Assembly: GCA_913045325.1 (NCBI GenBank)
Contig: CAJWPZ010000006.1
Span: 1,660-65,659 of the forward strand
Direction: 5' to 3'
DNA: 64,000 bases
Origin: an uncultured Flavobacteriaceae bacterium
GTDB taxonomy: Bacteria; Bacteroidota; Bacteroidia; Flavobacteriales; Flavobacteriaceae
Made by a program: the position numbers and the translations under genes. Shown piece after piece: positions 30,744 to 41,773 of this stretch. The notes beneath the pieces are model-generated. The model saw only the letters and a list, made by a program, of their open reading frames with translations. It was not told the origin of the DNA and did no database searches. How positions within the stretch are numbered: position 1 is the first letter of the stretch; the number at the start of each line of letters is the position of its first letter.

Positions 30744-32123
30744 CTAATTTGAGTCTAGAATTGCCGCAGCTTTTTTGGCAAAATTTGCTGCTTTTAAGGT
30801 GTTGCCTATACCTGTATGTGCAATGGCTAATTGCTCATAAAAATCTTTCTCTAACCCGGCATTGTCAAATAAATAGTCTAACCCTGTTGCCAGGGCATTG
30901 GCAGCGGCCTTAAAATCTTGAAGGTTGTTGTTGGCCATGGCGTTTAGCAAATACAATACTGGCTGGGCTGGGAAGAGCTCTAAAGATGCTTGACTAATCT
31001 TTTTGGCCTCTTGAAAGCGGTTAAGTTCTATTTGTAATAAAAGGGTGCTTTTAAGTAAGCTGAAATTATCTGAATCTACCTCAATCCCTTTTTGGTAAAA
31101 AATAAGCGAAAGTTCTTTATTGCCTTTAGAGAGATAGTAATCTGCTATTTTCTCAAACACCTGGCCGTTGTTGTCTTTAGAAAACACCTCAACAATACTC
31201 TCAAGCTCCATTTGGTATTGGGGGTTTTGCTGTACAAAGGTTAAAAAGTCTCCCAAGACTTTGTATTGGCTTTCTTTTTCAATCACCCTTGAGTTAAATA
31301 CTTTTTTCATGGACGCCACGGCGCCTTGTGTGTTGCCTTGATCCAGGTAAAACTTATAGAGTGCTAAATGCACCAGGGTACTGTTTGGAAATTTGTTTTG
31401 CAATTCTAAAGCAGTTTGATATGCCTTTTTTGAGTTGCCATTTTCACTATACAAATAGATAAGACTCAGGTATTCACTCTCATTTGCAGGGTTATTTTTA
31501 CGTTTTTTTTCTGCATTATTAATGGCTCCCTGTGTATTGCCCGTTTGTCTATAAATTTGCTTTCTTAAAGCACTTCTGTAGGCGCTCTCCCCCCAAGACA
31601 CATCAAGCTCATCGAGGAGCAATAGCGCTTTTTGGTACTGCTTGGTTCTTAGATATAAATTGGCCAAGTCTTCTTTATAATCTTGGTCAAAAGCGATAAG
31701 CTTTTCCACCAAAACAATAGCTTTACTATACGCTCTAGTTAGATAATAAAGATCATAGAGGGTTTCTAAAACATCTTGGTTTTCTGGCTCCTGGCGCAGT
31801 ACTTTTTCTAGGTTTATTTCTGCTTGATTGTATTGCTGGAGCTTTATTTGGTTTTTGGCAAACTCAAAAAACACAATAGCATCTGCCTGGAGATTTCCAC
31901 CACTTTCTTTTTGAGCTTTTTCTAGGGCAGTAATGGCTAGGGCGTAGTTCTCTATTGATTTTTGTTTTAAGGCCTCATAAAAGCTTTCCAGAAAGGCGTC
32001 TGAAACCTCTTGAGGCTCCCCTAGAGCGGTTGCCTGGATTTGTTGGGCAACTATCACTCTGGGAGCAAAAAGGCCTCCTAGGATGAGTAAAACTGTTACT
32101 ATGTGTTTTAAGTTCAATGACAA
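30744..32123 (-). CDS. Tetratricopeptide repeat protein (exported)
   Basis: Signal peptide and repeated TPR helices; exact TTG start uncertain. Confidence 0.85.
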   Translation of the reverse strand: MSLNLKHIVTVLLILGGLFAPRVIVAQQIQATALGEPQEVSDAFLESFYEALKQKSIENYALAITALEKAQKESGGNLQADAIVFFEFAKNQIKLQQYNQAEINLEKVLRQEPENQDVLETLYDLYYLTRAYSKAIVLVEKLIAFDQDYKEDLANLYLRTKQYQKALLLLDELDVSWGESAYRSALRKQIYRQTGNTQGAINNAEKKRKNNPANESEYLSLIYLYSENGNSKKAYQTALELQNKFPNSTLVHLALYKFYLDQGNTQGAVASMKKVFNSRVIEKESQYKVLGDFLTFVQQNPQYQMELESIVEVFSKDNNGQVFEKIADYYLSKGNKELSLIFYQKGIEVDSDNFSLLKSTLLLQIELNRFQEAKKISQASLELFPAQPVLYLLNAMANNNLQDFKAAANALATGLDYLFDNAGLEKDFYEQLAIAHTGIGNTLKAANFAKKAAAILDSN

Positions 32124-32156
32124 TGTGTGTGACCTTTTTGACCCCTGTGGGTGGCA

Positions 32157-33173
32157 TTATTTTAATTGAGAGTAATCTCCAATACTAACGTTGGTGAAAT
32201 TGCCGTTAAAATGGGCGTTATTTCCAATCATGGCATTATCCAAAGACGCATTTTCTATAATAGTGTTGGTTTGAATGATGCTATTTTTTATAGTGCTATT
32301 TTCAATTACCGTGCCCATCCCTATAGATGCAAAAGGACCTACGGTGCTATTTTTAAGCACAACCCCTTCGCCTATAAAACAAGGTTCTATAATAGTAGCG
32401 TTGTCTAAAGTAGCTGTTTTTGAAACTAAAACAGCCCTATCTTGGTGCAAAAACCCTAACATGCGGCGGTTGGTCTGTACTGTAATTTCTTTATTACCAC
32501 AATCCATCCACTGCGTAACAGTACCTGGTTTAAAGACCATTCCCTTATCCATCATTCTTTTTATACCATCATTAATTTGGTATTCTCCGCCATTAATAAT
32601 ATTATTATCAAGCACAAACTGGAGCTCTTTTTTAAGCATCCCAACCTCTTTAAAATAGTAAATACCAATCACAGCTTGGTCACTAACAAACTCCTGTGGC
32701 TTTTCTACTAGTTCCACAATTTCTTGCTTGTCGTTTAAATTTACCACGCCATAGGCCTCTGGATTGTCTACTTTTTTAGTCCAGATTACGGCATCTGCCT
32801 GTTTGTCTAGATCAAAATCTGCTCTAATTAATGTATCTGCATAAGCAATAACAGCAGGGCCACTAAGTGATGGCTCTGCGCACATAATAGCATGTCCTGT
32901 CCCTTTTGGGTCTAGTTGTCTATAAATAGTTGGTTTGGCGCCCAGGCTCACCGCTAATTCTTTTAAGCTTTCAATTACATCATCTCCAAACCAAGCAGGA
33001 TCTCCTAAAATAAAAGCAATTTCTTCTATGGGGGTGTTTAAAACTCCAGCAATATCTGCAACCAATCTGTGTACAATAGGTGTTCCTGCAACAGGAATTA
33101 AAGGTTTTGGCACGGTTAAACTATGTGGGCGAAGACGGCTTCCGCGACCTGCCATTGGAACTATTATTTTCAT
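32157..33173 (-). CDS. Sugar-phosphate nucleotidyltransferase with C-terminal left-handed beta-helix
   Basis: MAGRGSRLRPH...PKPL, VEKP and hexapeptide repeats. Confidence 0.92.
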   Translation of the reverse strand: MKIIVPMAGRGSRLRPHSLTVPKPLIPVAGTPIVHRLVADIAGVLNTPIEEIAFILGDPAWFGDDVIESLKELAVSLGAKPTIYRQLDPKGTGHAIMCAEPSLSGPAVIAYADTLIRADFDLDKQADAVIWTKKVDNPEAYGVVNLNDKQEIVELVEKPQEFVSDQAVIGIYYFKEVGMLKKELQFVLDNNIINGGEYQINDGIKRMMDKGMVFKPGTVTQWMDCGNKEITVQTNRRMLGFLHQDRAVLVSKTATLDNATIIEPCFIGEGVVLKNSTVGPFASIGMGTVIENSTIKNSIIQTNTIIENASLDNAMIGNNAHFNGNFTNVSIGDYSQLK

Positions 33174-33231
33174 CTATATTTTAATTTGTTGCTGTTGTAA
33201 TAAACAACGGCTAGGTTTGTTGTTTATTTTA

Positions 33232-33666
33232 TTACTTAACTCCTGTGCTGCCAAATCCTCCCTCACCGCGATCAGTATCGCTTAGCTGGGCTACTTCTTG
33301 CCACTGAGCCCTCTGATGGCTGGCAAGCACTAATTGAGCAATACGCGCTCCGTTTTCTATGGTGAAATCTTCATTACTCAGGTTTACTAAAATAACTCCC
33401 ACTTCACCTCGGTAATCTGCGTCAATGGTTCCGGGGCTATTTAATACTGTGATGCCTTTTTTTGCTGCAAGGCCGCTTCTGGGCCTTACCTGGGCCTCTG
33501 TCCCTATTGGTAATTCTAGATATAATCCTGTTTTTATAATAGCCCGTTGCATTGGTTTTAAAACAACTGGCTGAGCTATATAGGCTCTAATGTCCATCCC
33601 AGCGCTTGCTATGGTCTCATAACTTGGCAGTGGGTGGCTTGATTTGTTTATAATTTTTACAGTCAT
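33232..33666 (-). CDS. dut: dUTP diphosphatase
   Basis: [25 protein letters not shown] and [10 protein letters not shown]. Confidence 0.98.
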   Translation of the reverse strand: MTVKIINKSSHPLPSYETIASAGMDIRAYIAQPVVLKPMQRAIIKTGLYLELPIGTEAQVRPRSGLAAKKGITVLNSPGTIDADYRGEVGVILVNLSNEDFTIENGARIAQLVLASHQRAQWQEVAQLSDTDRGEGGFGSTGVK

Positions 33667-33734
33667 AAGGTGTGATTTATTTTGTACTTATATAAGGCAA
33701 CTAAGGCTGATTATTCTTGGGCAAAAATAACACG

Positions 33735-35195
33735 CTATTTTTTAATGATGCGTTGTATTTCTTGGCGCTCTAAAAAGAATACTAGTAACAAAAATACCAA
33801 TAATAATGCAGTTCCAATCCAAAGGTTTCTCTCAAAAATATAGAATGATACTCCGGCAAAACCAATAGCAATAGCAAGGTATGCACCAATGCGCTTTACA
33901 TCATAAGGAACCCTGTAGTATTTGCGTCCAAGAAAGTAAGACAAAACCATCATAGCACTGTAAGCCGCTAATGTTGCAACGGCAGCTCCCATATAACTTA
34001 TCTCAGGAATTAATATAAAGTTTAAAACCAGTGTAATACAAGCTCCTATTACAGATATATAAGCGCCATATCTTGTGCGGTCTGTAACTTTGTACCACAC
34101 AGATAGATTGTGATAGATCCCTAAACATAAATTAGCAAGTAATATAATTGGGACAATAGAGAGGGCTACCCAATAGGCTTCATTTTTTATTAAAAGGGTT
34201 TTAAAAAGATCTATATATACAATCACAAACAATAGAATGGCGCTACCGCAAATGGCAAAGTATTTAGTGATTATAGCATAGGTATTTTTGGCATTTGCCT
34301 TATTGGCGTGGTTAAAGAAAAAAGGCTCTATCCCAAGTCTAAAGGCTGTAGCAAATAAGGTCATAAAAACACCTAGTTTATAACAGGCCGCATACACCCC
34401 TACTTCATTGGCTGCAATATCTGGAGGTAATAAATAATTAAGCAAAATTTTATCAAATGCTTCATTGACAGAAAATGCAATGCCTGCAATGAGCACGGGA
34501 AATGAATACTTGAGCATCTTTTTCCAGATAGACACGCTGAAATGAATCCCAATTTTTACATACACGCCCAAAAGCATAACTAGGGTAGCCCCACTTGCAA
34601 TTACATTAGAGATAAAGACATACAAAACAGTATTCTCTTGGGTATACAACGATTGCCAAAATGTATTAGGGTCATTACTGGCAAGCAATGGAAGGGCAAG
34701 TAAAAAAAACAAGTTACACCCTAAGTTTATACATACGTTTATGATTTTTATTAGGGCATATTTAAGTGGTTTTTCATTAGCTCGAAACCACACAAAAGGA
34801 ATAATAACAAGCGCATCAAGCACTAAAATTAAAAGTGCATAGGTTACAAATTGGGTGTTAAAATCAATAAGGTTTGCCAGTTGTTCTCGAAACAAAAAGG
34901 CAACTAGAAAAAAAGAAAGTGATGAAATCCCTACAGAGACCAAGGCGGTAGATTGCACCGTCTTTTTTTGAGAAGGTTCTTTGTTTATAAACCTAAAAAA
35001 AGCAGTCTCCATACCATAGCTTAATACCACATTCCCTAAAATAATATAAGACATTAAGGTGGCATAAAGACCAAAATCTGAGGGCTTAAGCACACTGGTA
35101 TATAATGGCACAAGTACAATGGCCAACGCGCGAGGCAATACCGTTGCTAGGCCATAAATAAATGTTTGTTGAAATAGTTTTTTAAAAATACGCAA
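33735..35195 (-). CDS. Oligosaccharide flippase (Wzx/MOP family)
   Basis: About 14 TMs; QTFIYGL...LVPLYT, YGMETAFFR and GVYAACYK; TTG start. Confidence 0.88.
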   Translation of the reverse strand: MRIFKKLFQQTFIYGLATVLPRALAIVLVPLYTSVLKPSDFGLYATLMSYIILGNVVLSYGMETAFFRFINKEPSQKKTVQSTALVSVGISSLSFFLVAFLFREQLANLIDFNTQFVTYALLILVLDALVIIPFVWFRANEKPLKYALIKIINVCINLGCNLFFLLALPLLASNDPNTFWQSLYTQENTVLYVFISNVIASGATLVMLLGVYVKIGIHFSVSIWKKMLKYSFPVLIAGIAFSVNEAFDKILLNYLLPPDIAANEVGVYAACYKLGVFMTLFATAFRLGIEPFFFNHANKANAKNTYAIITKYFAICGSAILLFVIVYIDLFKTLLIKNEAYWVALSIVPIILLANLCLGIYHNLSVWYKVTDRTRYGAYISVIGACITLVLNFILIPEISYMGAAVATLAAYSAMMVLSYFLGRKYYRVPYDVKRIGAYLAIAIGFAGVSFYIFERNLWIGTALLLVFLLLVFFLERQEIQRIIKK

Positions 35196-35315
35196 TGCTC
35201 CAGGTGTTTGGGTTTATAAAGGTAGCCAAATTAATTCTTGTGGTGTGATGGTATCTAGGCCAAGAATCGTGAAAAATTGATGCCAAGTCGCCATTTTATA
35301 GTATGGCGTTAAACC

Positions 35316-35348
35316 AAAAAAGTCTGTTGCGTTTTAACGCAACAGACT
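35316..35348 (-). terminator. Intrinsic terminator of the atp operon
   Basis: AGTCTGTTGCGTT/AACGCAACAGACT inverted repeat with a U tract on the minus strand. Confidence 0.85.
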
Positions 35349-35374
35349 CTATAGTATATAGAAATATTTTACTG

Positions 35375-36238
35375 TTATCCAGCCAATGCTTCTGCACCAC
35401 CAACAATTTCTAAAATCTCATTGGTAATGGCTGCTTGACGTGCTTTGTTGTATTGCAGTTTCAAAGCATCACGCATCTCTGTTGCGTTGTCTGTTGCTTT
35501 GTGCATCGCAGTCATTCTTGCACCATGCTCACTAGCTACACTGTCTCTAATGGCCTTAAACAATTGTGTTTTTAAACTCTTAGGAATTAATCCCTCAACA
35601 ATCTCTGGCTTTGTTGGCTCAAAAATATAATCTGCAGTATTGGTAAGCTGAGTTTGTGCAGGCGGTAAAATTGGCAAAAATTGTTCTTTCATAACAATTT
35701 GTGTCGCTGCATTTTTGAAGTGATTATACACCAAAACAATTTTATCGTAAGCGCCTTGTTCAAATTTTTCCATTAGCATTTCTGCAATCACTGAAGAGGC
35801 TTTGAAGTTTAAATCATCAAATATAGCTGCGTTAAATTCTATAACATTTGAGTCTTTACTGATGATGTCATTTCCTTTTTTACCAATGGTTATAAAATCA
35901 ACCTGCTTGCCTGAGTAGGTTTCTTGTTTAAGTGCCTTGCTTGCTTTAATAATGTTGGTGTTAAAAGCTCCTGCCAACCCACGGTTTGAAGTAATGGCAA
36001 CAACCAATACTTTGTTTACCTCACGCTGTTGAGAAAAACTACTTCCACTATCAGAGTCTAGCGTTGCACTTAAGTTTTGTAATAACTCAGTTAATTTCTC
36101 AGAATAGGGACGCATTGCTGTAATAGCGTCTTGCGCTTTTTTCAGTTTTGCTGCAGACACCATTTTCATGGCACTGGTGATTTGCATGGTTGATCCAACC
36201 GATGCTATTCTGTTTCTAATTTCTTTTAAGTTTGCCAT
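35375..36238 (-). CDS. atpG: ATP synthase F1 gamma
   Basis: QITSAMKMVSAAK, SEHGARMTAM and ARQAAITNEILEI. Confidence 0.98.
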   Translation of the reverse strand: MANLKEIRNRIASVGSTMQITSAMKMVSAAKLKKAQDAITAMRPYSEKLTELLQNLSATLDSDSGSSFSQQREVNKVLVVAITSNRGLAGAFNTNIIKASKALKQETYSGKQVDFITIGKKGNDIISKDSNVIEFNAAIFDDLNFKASSVIAEMLMEKFEQGAYDKIVLVYNHFKNAATQIVMKEQFLPILPPAQTQLTNTADYIFEPTKPEIVEGLIPKSLKTQLFKAIRDSVASEHGARMTAMHKATDNATEMRDALKLQYNKARQAAITNEILEIVGGAEALAG

Positions 36239-36314
36239 TTTTTAAAGTTATTATTAATAACAGGTAGGCTTAATACTCTTTTACCCCCTATAAGGGGATA
36301 AAAGAATATAAAAT

Positions 36315-37895
36315 TTATGCTCTGTATTTTGCAGATAAATCTGCAGCTACGCTGGTTAGGGTTGCGATTACCTCATCTGTTAATTTTCCAGACTTTAATG
36401 TATCTAACATACCTCTATGTTGTGCGTTTAAAAGCTCTATGTAATCTCTTTCAAACTCTTTTACTTTCTCTACAGGTACATCACGCAACAAGTTCTTAGA
36501 ACCTGCATATATAATTGCAATTTGATCTTCTACCGTAAAAGGTGTGTTTTCATTTTGCTTTAATATCTCTACGTTACGCTTTCCTTTTTCAATTACATTT
36601 AATGTTGCAGCATCTAGATCTGAACCAAACTTTGCAAATGCTTCCAGTTCACGGTACGCAGCTTGATCAAGTTTTAGTGTACCAGAAACCTTCTTCATAG
36701 ATTTAATCTGCGCGTTACCTCCAACACGAGATACCGAGATACCTACGTTAATAGCTGGACGTACACCAGAGTTAAATAAATCTCCATCTAAGAAGATTTG
36801 ACCATCTGTAATAGAAATTACGTTGGTTGGTATGTAAGCAGATACATCACCTGCTTGAGTTTCAATAATTGGTAGGGCTGTTAAAGAACCTCCACCTTTT
36901 ACAATTGGTCTTAATGATTCTGGAAGGTCATTCATCTCTGAAGCAATCTTATCATCATTAATTACTTTGGCAGCACGCTCTAAAAGTCTTGAGTGTAAGA
37001 AAAATACATCTCCAGGGTATGCCTCACGTCCCGGTGGGCGACGTAATAATAGTGATACCTCACGGTAAGCTACAGCTTGCTTAGATAAATCATCAAACAC
37101 AATAAGTGCAGGACGACCTGTATCTCTAAAGTACTCTCCAATGGCAGCTCCTGCAAAAGGTGCGTATACTTGCATTGGTGCTGGATCACTTGCGTTTGCA
37201 GCAACAATAGTAGTATAAGCCAAAGCTCCTGCCTGGTCTAATACCTTTGCAATGTTTGCAACAGTTGAGGCCTTTTGACCAATAGCTACATATATACAGT
37301 ATACTGGCTGGCCAGCATCGTAAAATTCTTTTTGGTTTAATATGGTGTCAATACAAACAGTAGACTTCCCTGTTTGACGGTCACCAATTACCAATTCACG
37401 CTGTCCTCTTCCTACTGGAATCATAGCGTCAATTGACTTAATCCCTGTTTGTAATGGCTCTGTTACAGGCTCACGGTAGATTACCCCTGGCGCTTTACGC
37501 TCTAGTGGCATCTCATATGTTTTACCCTCGATAGCTCCTTTACCGTCTATAGGTTCACCTAGTGTATTTACAACACGACCCACAACACCTTCACCTACAT
37601 TAATCGAGGCAATACGTTGTGTGCGTTTTACGGTAGCTCCTTCAGAAACTCCTCTAGAGGGTCCCAGTAGTACAACCCCTACGTTATCTTCTTCAAGATT
37701 CAAAACAATACCTTCCATACCGTTTTCAAAGGCTACTAATTCACCGTATTGAACATTTGTAAGCCCGTACACACGTGCAATACCATCACCTACAGTTAAT
37801 ACAGTTCCTACCTCATCAAGTGAAGCGCTTGCCTGAAATCCGGTAAGTTGTTGTTTTAAGATTGCTGAAACTTCAGCTGGTTTAACTTCTGCCAT
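36315..37895 (-). CDS. atpA: ATP synthase F1 alpha
   Basis: [22 protein letters not shown] and [13 protein letters not shown]. Confidence 0.99.
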   Translation of the reverse strand: MAEVKPAEVSAILKQQLTGFQASASLDEVGTVLTVGDGIARVYGLTNVQYGELVAFENGMEGIVLNLEEDNVGVVLLGPSRGVSEGATVKRTQRIASINVGEGVVGRVVNTLGEPIDGKGAIEGKTYEMPLERKAPGVIYREPVTEPLQTGIKSIDAMIPVGRGQRELVIGDRQTGKSTVCIDTILNQKEFYDAGQPVYCIYVAIGQKASTVANIAKVLDQAGALAYTTIVAANASDPAPMQVYAPFAGAAIGEYFRDTGRPALIVFDDLSKQAVAYREVSLLLRRPPGREAYPGDVFFLHSRLLERAAKVINDDKIASEMNDLPESLRPIVKGGGSLTALPIIETQAGDVSAYIPTNVISITDGQIFLDGDLFNSGVRPAINVGISVSRVGGNAQIKSMKKVSGTLKLDQAAYRELEAFAKFGSDLDAATLNVIEKGKRNVEILKQNENTPFTVEDQIAIIYAGSKNLLRDVPVEKVKEFERDYIELLNAQHRGMLDTLKSGKLTDEVIATLTSVAADLSAKYRA

Positions 37896-37963
37896 TTTTA
37901 TTTAGATTTTACCCTTTCATGTGTAAGGGTGACTTCAGAAAATTTTCTGAAGGCGTTAAAAAA

Positions 37964-38503
37964 TTATAATGATTTACTAAATTCTCTTTTTAAATTCCCT
38001 AGTTGGTTTGCAATACTTGCGTTGTATTGCAAATCTCCCACGCGGAGTATAAAACCACCAATGATGCTATCATCAATAGTATTATGAATAGTGACGTTTT
38101 CACTACCTGTCATTTCTTTTACTTTGCTGAGCACAGTTGCCTGAATCTCTGGGGTAATAGCAACTGCTGTTATTACAGTAGCTACTTTTACTCCTTTAGA
38201 GTTGTTGTACAAATCTACATAAGCCCCTGCAACGCTACCTAAAAGGTTGATACGTTTGTTGCTGCTTAAAATTTGAATAAGTCCTTTGGTTACATCACTG
38301 TTTTTTTCAAAGATTTGTAGTAAAGCCTGTTTTTTATCTTCTGCCTTAACTACAGGGCTTTGTAATACAACACGAAGCTCTTTACTTCCCGCTAGGGTTT
38401 GTTGTATAGATTTCATGTCACCAAAAACAACCTCACTAATCTTGGCGTGGTTGGCTTGATCTAAAACTGCTTTTGCGTATCTTATGGCTGCTCTGGTACT
38501 CAT
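37964..38503 (-). CDS. atpH: ATP synthase F1 delta
   Basis: AIRYAKA and IIGGFILRVGD; operon position. Confidence 0.96.
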   Translation of the reverse strand: MSTRAAIRYAKAVLDQANHAKISEVVFGDMKSIQQTLAGSKELRVVLQSPVVKAEDKKQALLQIFEKNSDVTKGLIQILSSNKRINLLGSVAGAYVDLYNNSKGVKVATVITAVAITPEIQATVLSKVKEMTGSENVTIHNTIDDSIIGGFILRVGDLQYNASIANQLGNLKREFSKSL

Positions 38504-38511
38504 CCTGCTTG

Positions 38512-39012
38512 TTAGTTTACGTTTGCGTCTTTCAGCATTGTTTCAACCAATTCCAATTGCTTGTCTTTGTTTGATAACTCACTCTTTACTATTTTTTCTG
38601 CAATATCTATAGATAGACTCGCTACTGTTTGCTTTAATTCTGCAACAGCTGCTTTTTTCTCTGCCTCTATGGTGGCTTGAGCGCCTGCAATAGCTTTGCT
38701 CGCTTCTGCCTGAGCCTCATCCTTAGCTCCTGCAATCATGCTGGCTTTAATCTCACGAGCTTCTTTAAGCATCGTTTCACGCTCTGCTCTTGCCTCTTGC
38801 AGCAGTTTTTCATTGTCTGCCTGCAGGTTTGTCATTTCTAGTTTTGCCTTTTGGGCAGCATCTAAGGCATCTTTAATACCTTGCTCACGCTCATTTACAG
38901 CATTTAAAATTGGTCCCCAAGCAAATTTTTTCAGCAAAAAAAGCAATAGAATAAATACAACTGCTTGCCAAAAGAAAAGACCTACTGAAAATTCGTTTAT
39001 TAATTTTTCCAT
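38512..39012 (-). CDS. atpF: ATP synthase F0 b
   Basis: N-terminal TM, KFAWGPI..ERE and a coiled coil. Confidence 0.96.
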   Translation of the reverse strand: MEKLINEFSVGLFFWQAVVFILLLFLLKKFAWGPILNAVNEREQGIKDALDAAQKAKLEMTNLQADNEKLLQEARAERETMLKEAREIKASMIAGAKDEAQAEASKAIAGAQATIEAEKKAAVAELKQTVASLSIDIAEKIVKSELSNKDKQLELVETMLKDANVN

Positions 39013-39073
39013 TATTGTTATGTTTTGAAAGCCGCAAAAAACGCCTTTCTTAATGATCCTTTAAAGTAATAGA

Positions 39074-39110
39074 AACATATTGCTGTAACCAACCGTTACA
39101 GCAATATGTT
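39074..39110 (-). promoter_or_regulatory. Perfect 16-bp hairpin between atpE and atpF (mRNA stabiliser or partial terminator)
   Basis: AACATATTGCTGTAAC-CAACC-GTTACAGCAATATGTT. Confidence 0.7.
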
Positions 39111-39121
39111 GTCTTTTTTGA

Positions 39122-39373
<252 letters not shown>

Positions 39374-39424
39374 TTAAAACTCAATTTTGACCCTTTGCCT
39401 TTAAGGCTCAGGGTATGTAATTAT

Positions 39425-40570
39425 TTATAAATGTGCAATCTCTCCATCGTGCTCTTGATCATGCTCGTGGGTTTCACTTGCAAAACCAAAGTACAATGCA
39501 GCCAACATCGTGAAGATGTATGCCTGTAATAATGCTACTAATATTTCAATTAATGAAATGGCAAATGCCAATCCAAAAGATAAGGTTCCACCAATCCAGT
39601 TTTGGAAAATGTAAATTAGCCCAAGCAAACTACCAAGTACAACGTGACCTGCGGTCATGTTAGCATACAAACGGATTAAAAGTGCAAATGGCTTAATGAA
39701 CAATCCTAAAATTTCAATAGGAACTAAAATAATATAAATAAAAATCTTTCCTGCCCATGGCATACCATCTCCTAATGGATCAAAAATATGCTTCCAGTAA
39801 TCTTTGGTTCCTGTAAAGGTGGTAATGATAAACACGATAAGCGCTAAGGCTGTAGTTACCGCAATATTTCCAGTAACGTTTACACCAAGTGGCGTGAGGC
39901 CAAACATGTTTAAAAACCATATAAAGAAAAACACGGTTAGTAAAAATGGCATGTATTTTTTATACTTACCCTCCCCGATATTTGCAATAGCAATATCATC
40001 ACGGATATACGTTATAATGGGCTCAAAAAACCTTCCAGCCCCTGTTGCAATACCTGCGTTATTCCCATAACTCTTTGCTAAAGATTTAAACAAAAAGAAC
40101 ATTAAAAAGGCAGTTATTAATATCATAAAGACCCCTTTTGTAATAGAGAAGTCTAGTGGTGCTATATTGGTTGGGTGATTGGCAGAGTCATAAGTAATGG
40201 TTCCTGCGGCATCCGTCTTGTAGATTTTTGCATGTTCTATTTTGTAATAGCTGCCATCTACCTGTGCAACTGTCTCACCGTGATGAAACTTTGAAGAAGA
40301 AAATACCTTCAGGCCACCATCCCACAAAATTATTGGCAAAGGAAACCCAACGTGGTGTTTTTCTTGGGTCACATCATCTGTATAAGAGAATAAGCCAAAA
40401 TCATGAGAATCTAGTAAGTGATGAGCGATATAATCTTTCACTTGCTGCTTTCTTTCAGCTCTACTATCTCCAGATGAAGCGGCATCTTTTGACGGGCCCT
40501 TGGCAGACATTGTAAATGTTGTTGCCAAAAACAGAATTGAAAGTAATCTAACCAATGTTTTTCTTTGCAT
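39425..40570 (-). CDS. atpB: ATP synthase F0 a (with Bacteroidota N-terminal extension)
   Basis: IRLYANMTAGH and LQAYIF. Confidence 0.97.
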   Translation of the reverse strand: MQRKTLVRLLSILFLATTFTMSAKGPSKDAASSGDSRAERKQQVKDYIAHHLLDSHDFGLFSYTDDVTQEKHHVGFPLPIILWDGGLKVFSSSKFHHGETVAQVDGSYYKIEHAKIYKTDAAGTITYDSANHPTNIAPLDFSITKGVFMILITAFLMFFLFKSLAKSYGNNAGIATGAGRFFEPIITYIRDDIAIANIGEGKYKKYMPFLLTVFFFIWFLNMFGLTPLGVNVTGNIAVTTALALIVFIITTFTGTKDYWKHIFDPLGDGMPWAGKIFIYIILVPIEILGLFIKPFALLIRLYANMTAGHVVLGSLLGLIYIFQNWIGGTLSFGLAFAISLIEILVALLQAYIFTMLAALYFGFASETHEHDQEHDGEIAHL

Positions 40571-40605
40571 TTTGAGACAATTTAAAGGCGTCCTTAAAAT
40601 CGGGG

Positions 40606-40613
40606 CAAAAATA
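40606..40613 (-). promoter_or_regulatory. -7 element TATTTTTG directly upstream of atpB
   Basis: Exact TAnnTTTG match 35 nt before the atpB start. Confidence 0.65.
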
Positions 40614-40696
40614 CATCTAATCCATAAAAAGAAAAAATTATTTTCTTTCTTTTTTTATTCTTGGTTTTACCCGTGGTTTGAATTGTAAGTTTTCTA

Positions 40697-41086
40697 TCAA
40701 TAAGACTGGTTATTAAGCTCTTTAGAGAGAAAGAGAACCTCAAGGGTAAGACAGGTTGCATAGGGTACAAAAAAAGCAGCAAACTCATTGGTTTGCATCT
40801 GAGAATCTGCGCTGTAGTGAGGGTAAAAAAGAACGAAAAATATGACAAATTTTATACCACTGCCTAACAGAAAAATAAAGGCAGTGTTTGATGCTTGTTT
40901 ATTGAAGTTTGAAGCTACAAAATACAAAAGCCCTGAAGCGAGCAAATAATTAACAATGTAAGAGAGAATAATTCTGTTTTGAAAAAGGGGAGCTTCTAAA
41001 AAATATAACACCCCTATGTGGGCAATAAAAAAAAGTAGGAGTGTGGCAAAAAGAAAGCCTAAAAAACGAACGTTTGAAGTTCTCAT
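40697..41086 (-). CDS. Four-TM AtpI-like membrane protein (DUF6168-like)
   Basis: Four hydrophobic helices; lies between atpZ and atpB. Confidence 0.7.
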   Translation of the reverse strand: MRTSNVRFLGFLFATLLLFFIAHIGVLYFLEAPLFQNRIILSYIVNYLLASGLLYFVASNFNKQASNTAFIFLLGSGIKFVIFFVLFYPHYSADSQMQTNEFAAFFVPYATCLTLEVLFLSKELNNQSY

Positions 41087-41094
41087 AAAAGTAC

Positions 41095-41310
41095 TTATTT
41101 GTTAAGCCTGTTGGTTTGTTTTAAAACACCAAAAAGAGAAAGTGCTACACCAGACAGGGTACAGATAATTAAAAATACCTTGCCATCTGTGTAGTTGGCA
41201 TCCAACCACTTGCCTAGTTGTACAAAAAGGTAAATTATCACACCCATCTGTATAGCTATAGCAGAAAGCGCTGCCCATCTTCTGATGCCATTAATTGGTT
41301 TTTTTGACAT
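41095..41310 (-). CDS. AtpZ/AtpI family protein
   Basis: IQMGVII...LGKWLD two-TM pattern. Confidence 0.85.
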   Translation of the reverse strand: MSKKPINGIRRWAALSAIAIQMGVIIYLFVQLGKWLDANYTDGKVFLIICTLSGVALSLFGVLKQTNRLNK

Positions 41311-41319
41311 GCCTTTGTG

Positions 41320-41769
41320 TTAATTGAGTTGCTCGGCGGCCTTTACACTAGAGCGCTCGGGGCGATCATAAACAGTACTTTGAGTTGCCTTTTGCTGGGG
41401 AGTATTTGCCGGCTGCATACTACAGGTGGCATTAAAAATAGCTCCCGGTTCTACAGAAAGTTTTCCGACCACTACTTCGCCTTTTATATTGGCTGAGCTA
41501 CGCAGGGTTAATAATTGAGATACATTAAGATTTCCGTTAAAGCTACCAGCTATATCTGCATTTTCACAAGAAAGAGTTCCTTTAACAACACCGTTTTTTC
41601 CTAGCACAACCTTGGAGGGGGTTGAGACGGTTCCTTCAACAAGTCCGTCTATTCTAAAAAAACCATTGGAGGTAATATCTCCACTGATGTGAGTTCCTTC
41701 ATTGATTCTGTTTTGACTAGCTCCTGGTTCTAAGCCAGCAGTATTGGCGTTCTTTTTATCTGAAAACAT
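41320..41769 (-). CDS. Bactofilin (polymer-forming cytoskeletal protein)
   Basis: INEGTHISGDI...RIDGLVEGTV...VEPGAIFNATC beta-helix. Confidence 0.92.
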   Translation of the reverse strand: MFSDKKNANTAGLEPGASQNRINEGTHISGDITSNGFFRIDGLVEGTVSTPSKVVLGKNGVVKGTLSCENADIAGSFNGNLNVSQLLTLRSSANIKGEVVVGKLSVEPGAIFNATCSMQPANTPQQKATQSTVYDRPERSSVKAAEQLN

Positions 41770-41773
41770 ATCT

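Noticed and set aside
36315-37895. Possible CAG = Glu codon reassignment
   Set aside because: CAG encodes invariant Gln in AtpA (GRGQRE, GNAQIK), and some E->Q cases use CAA.
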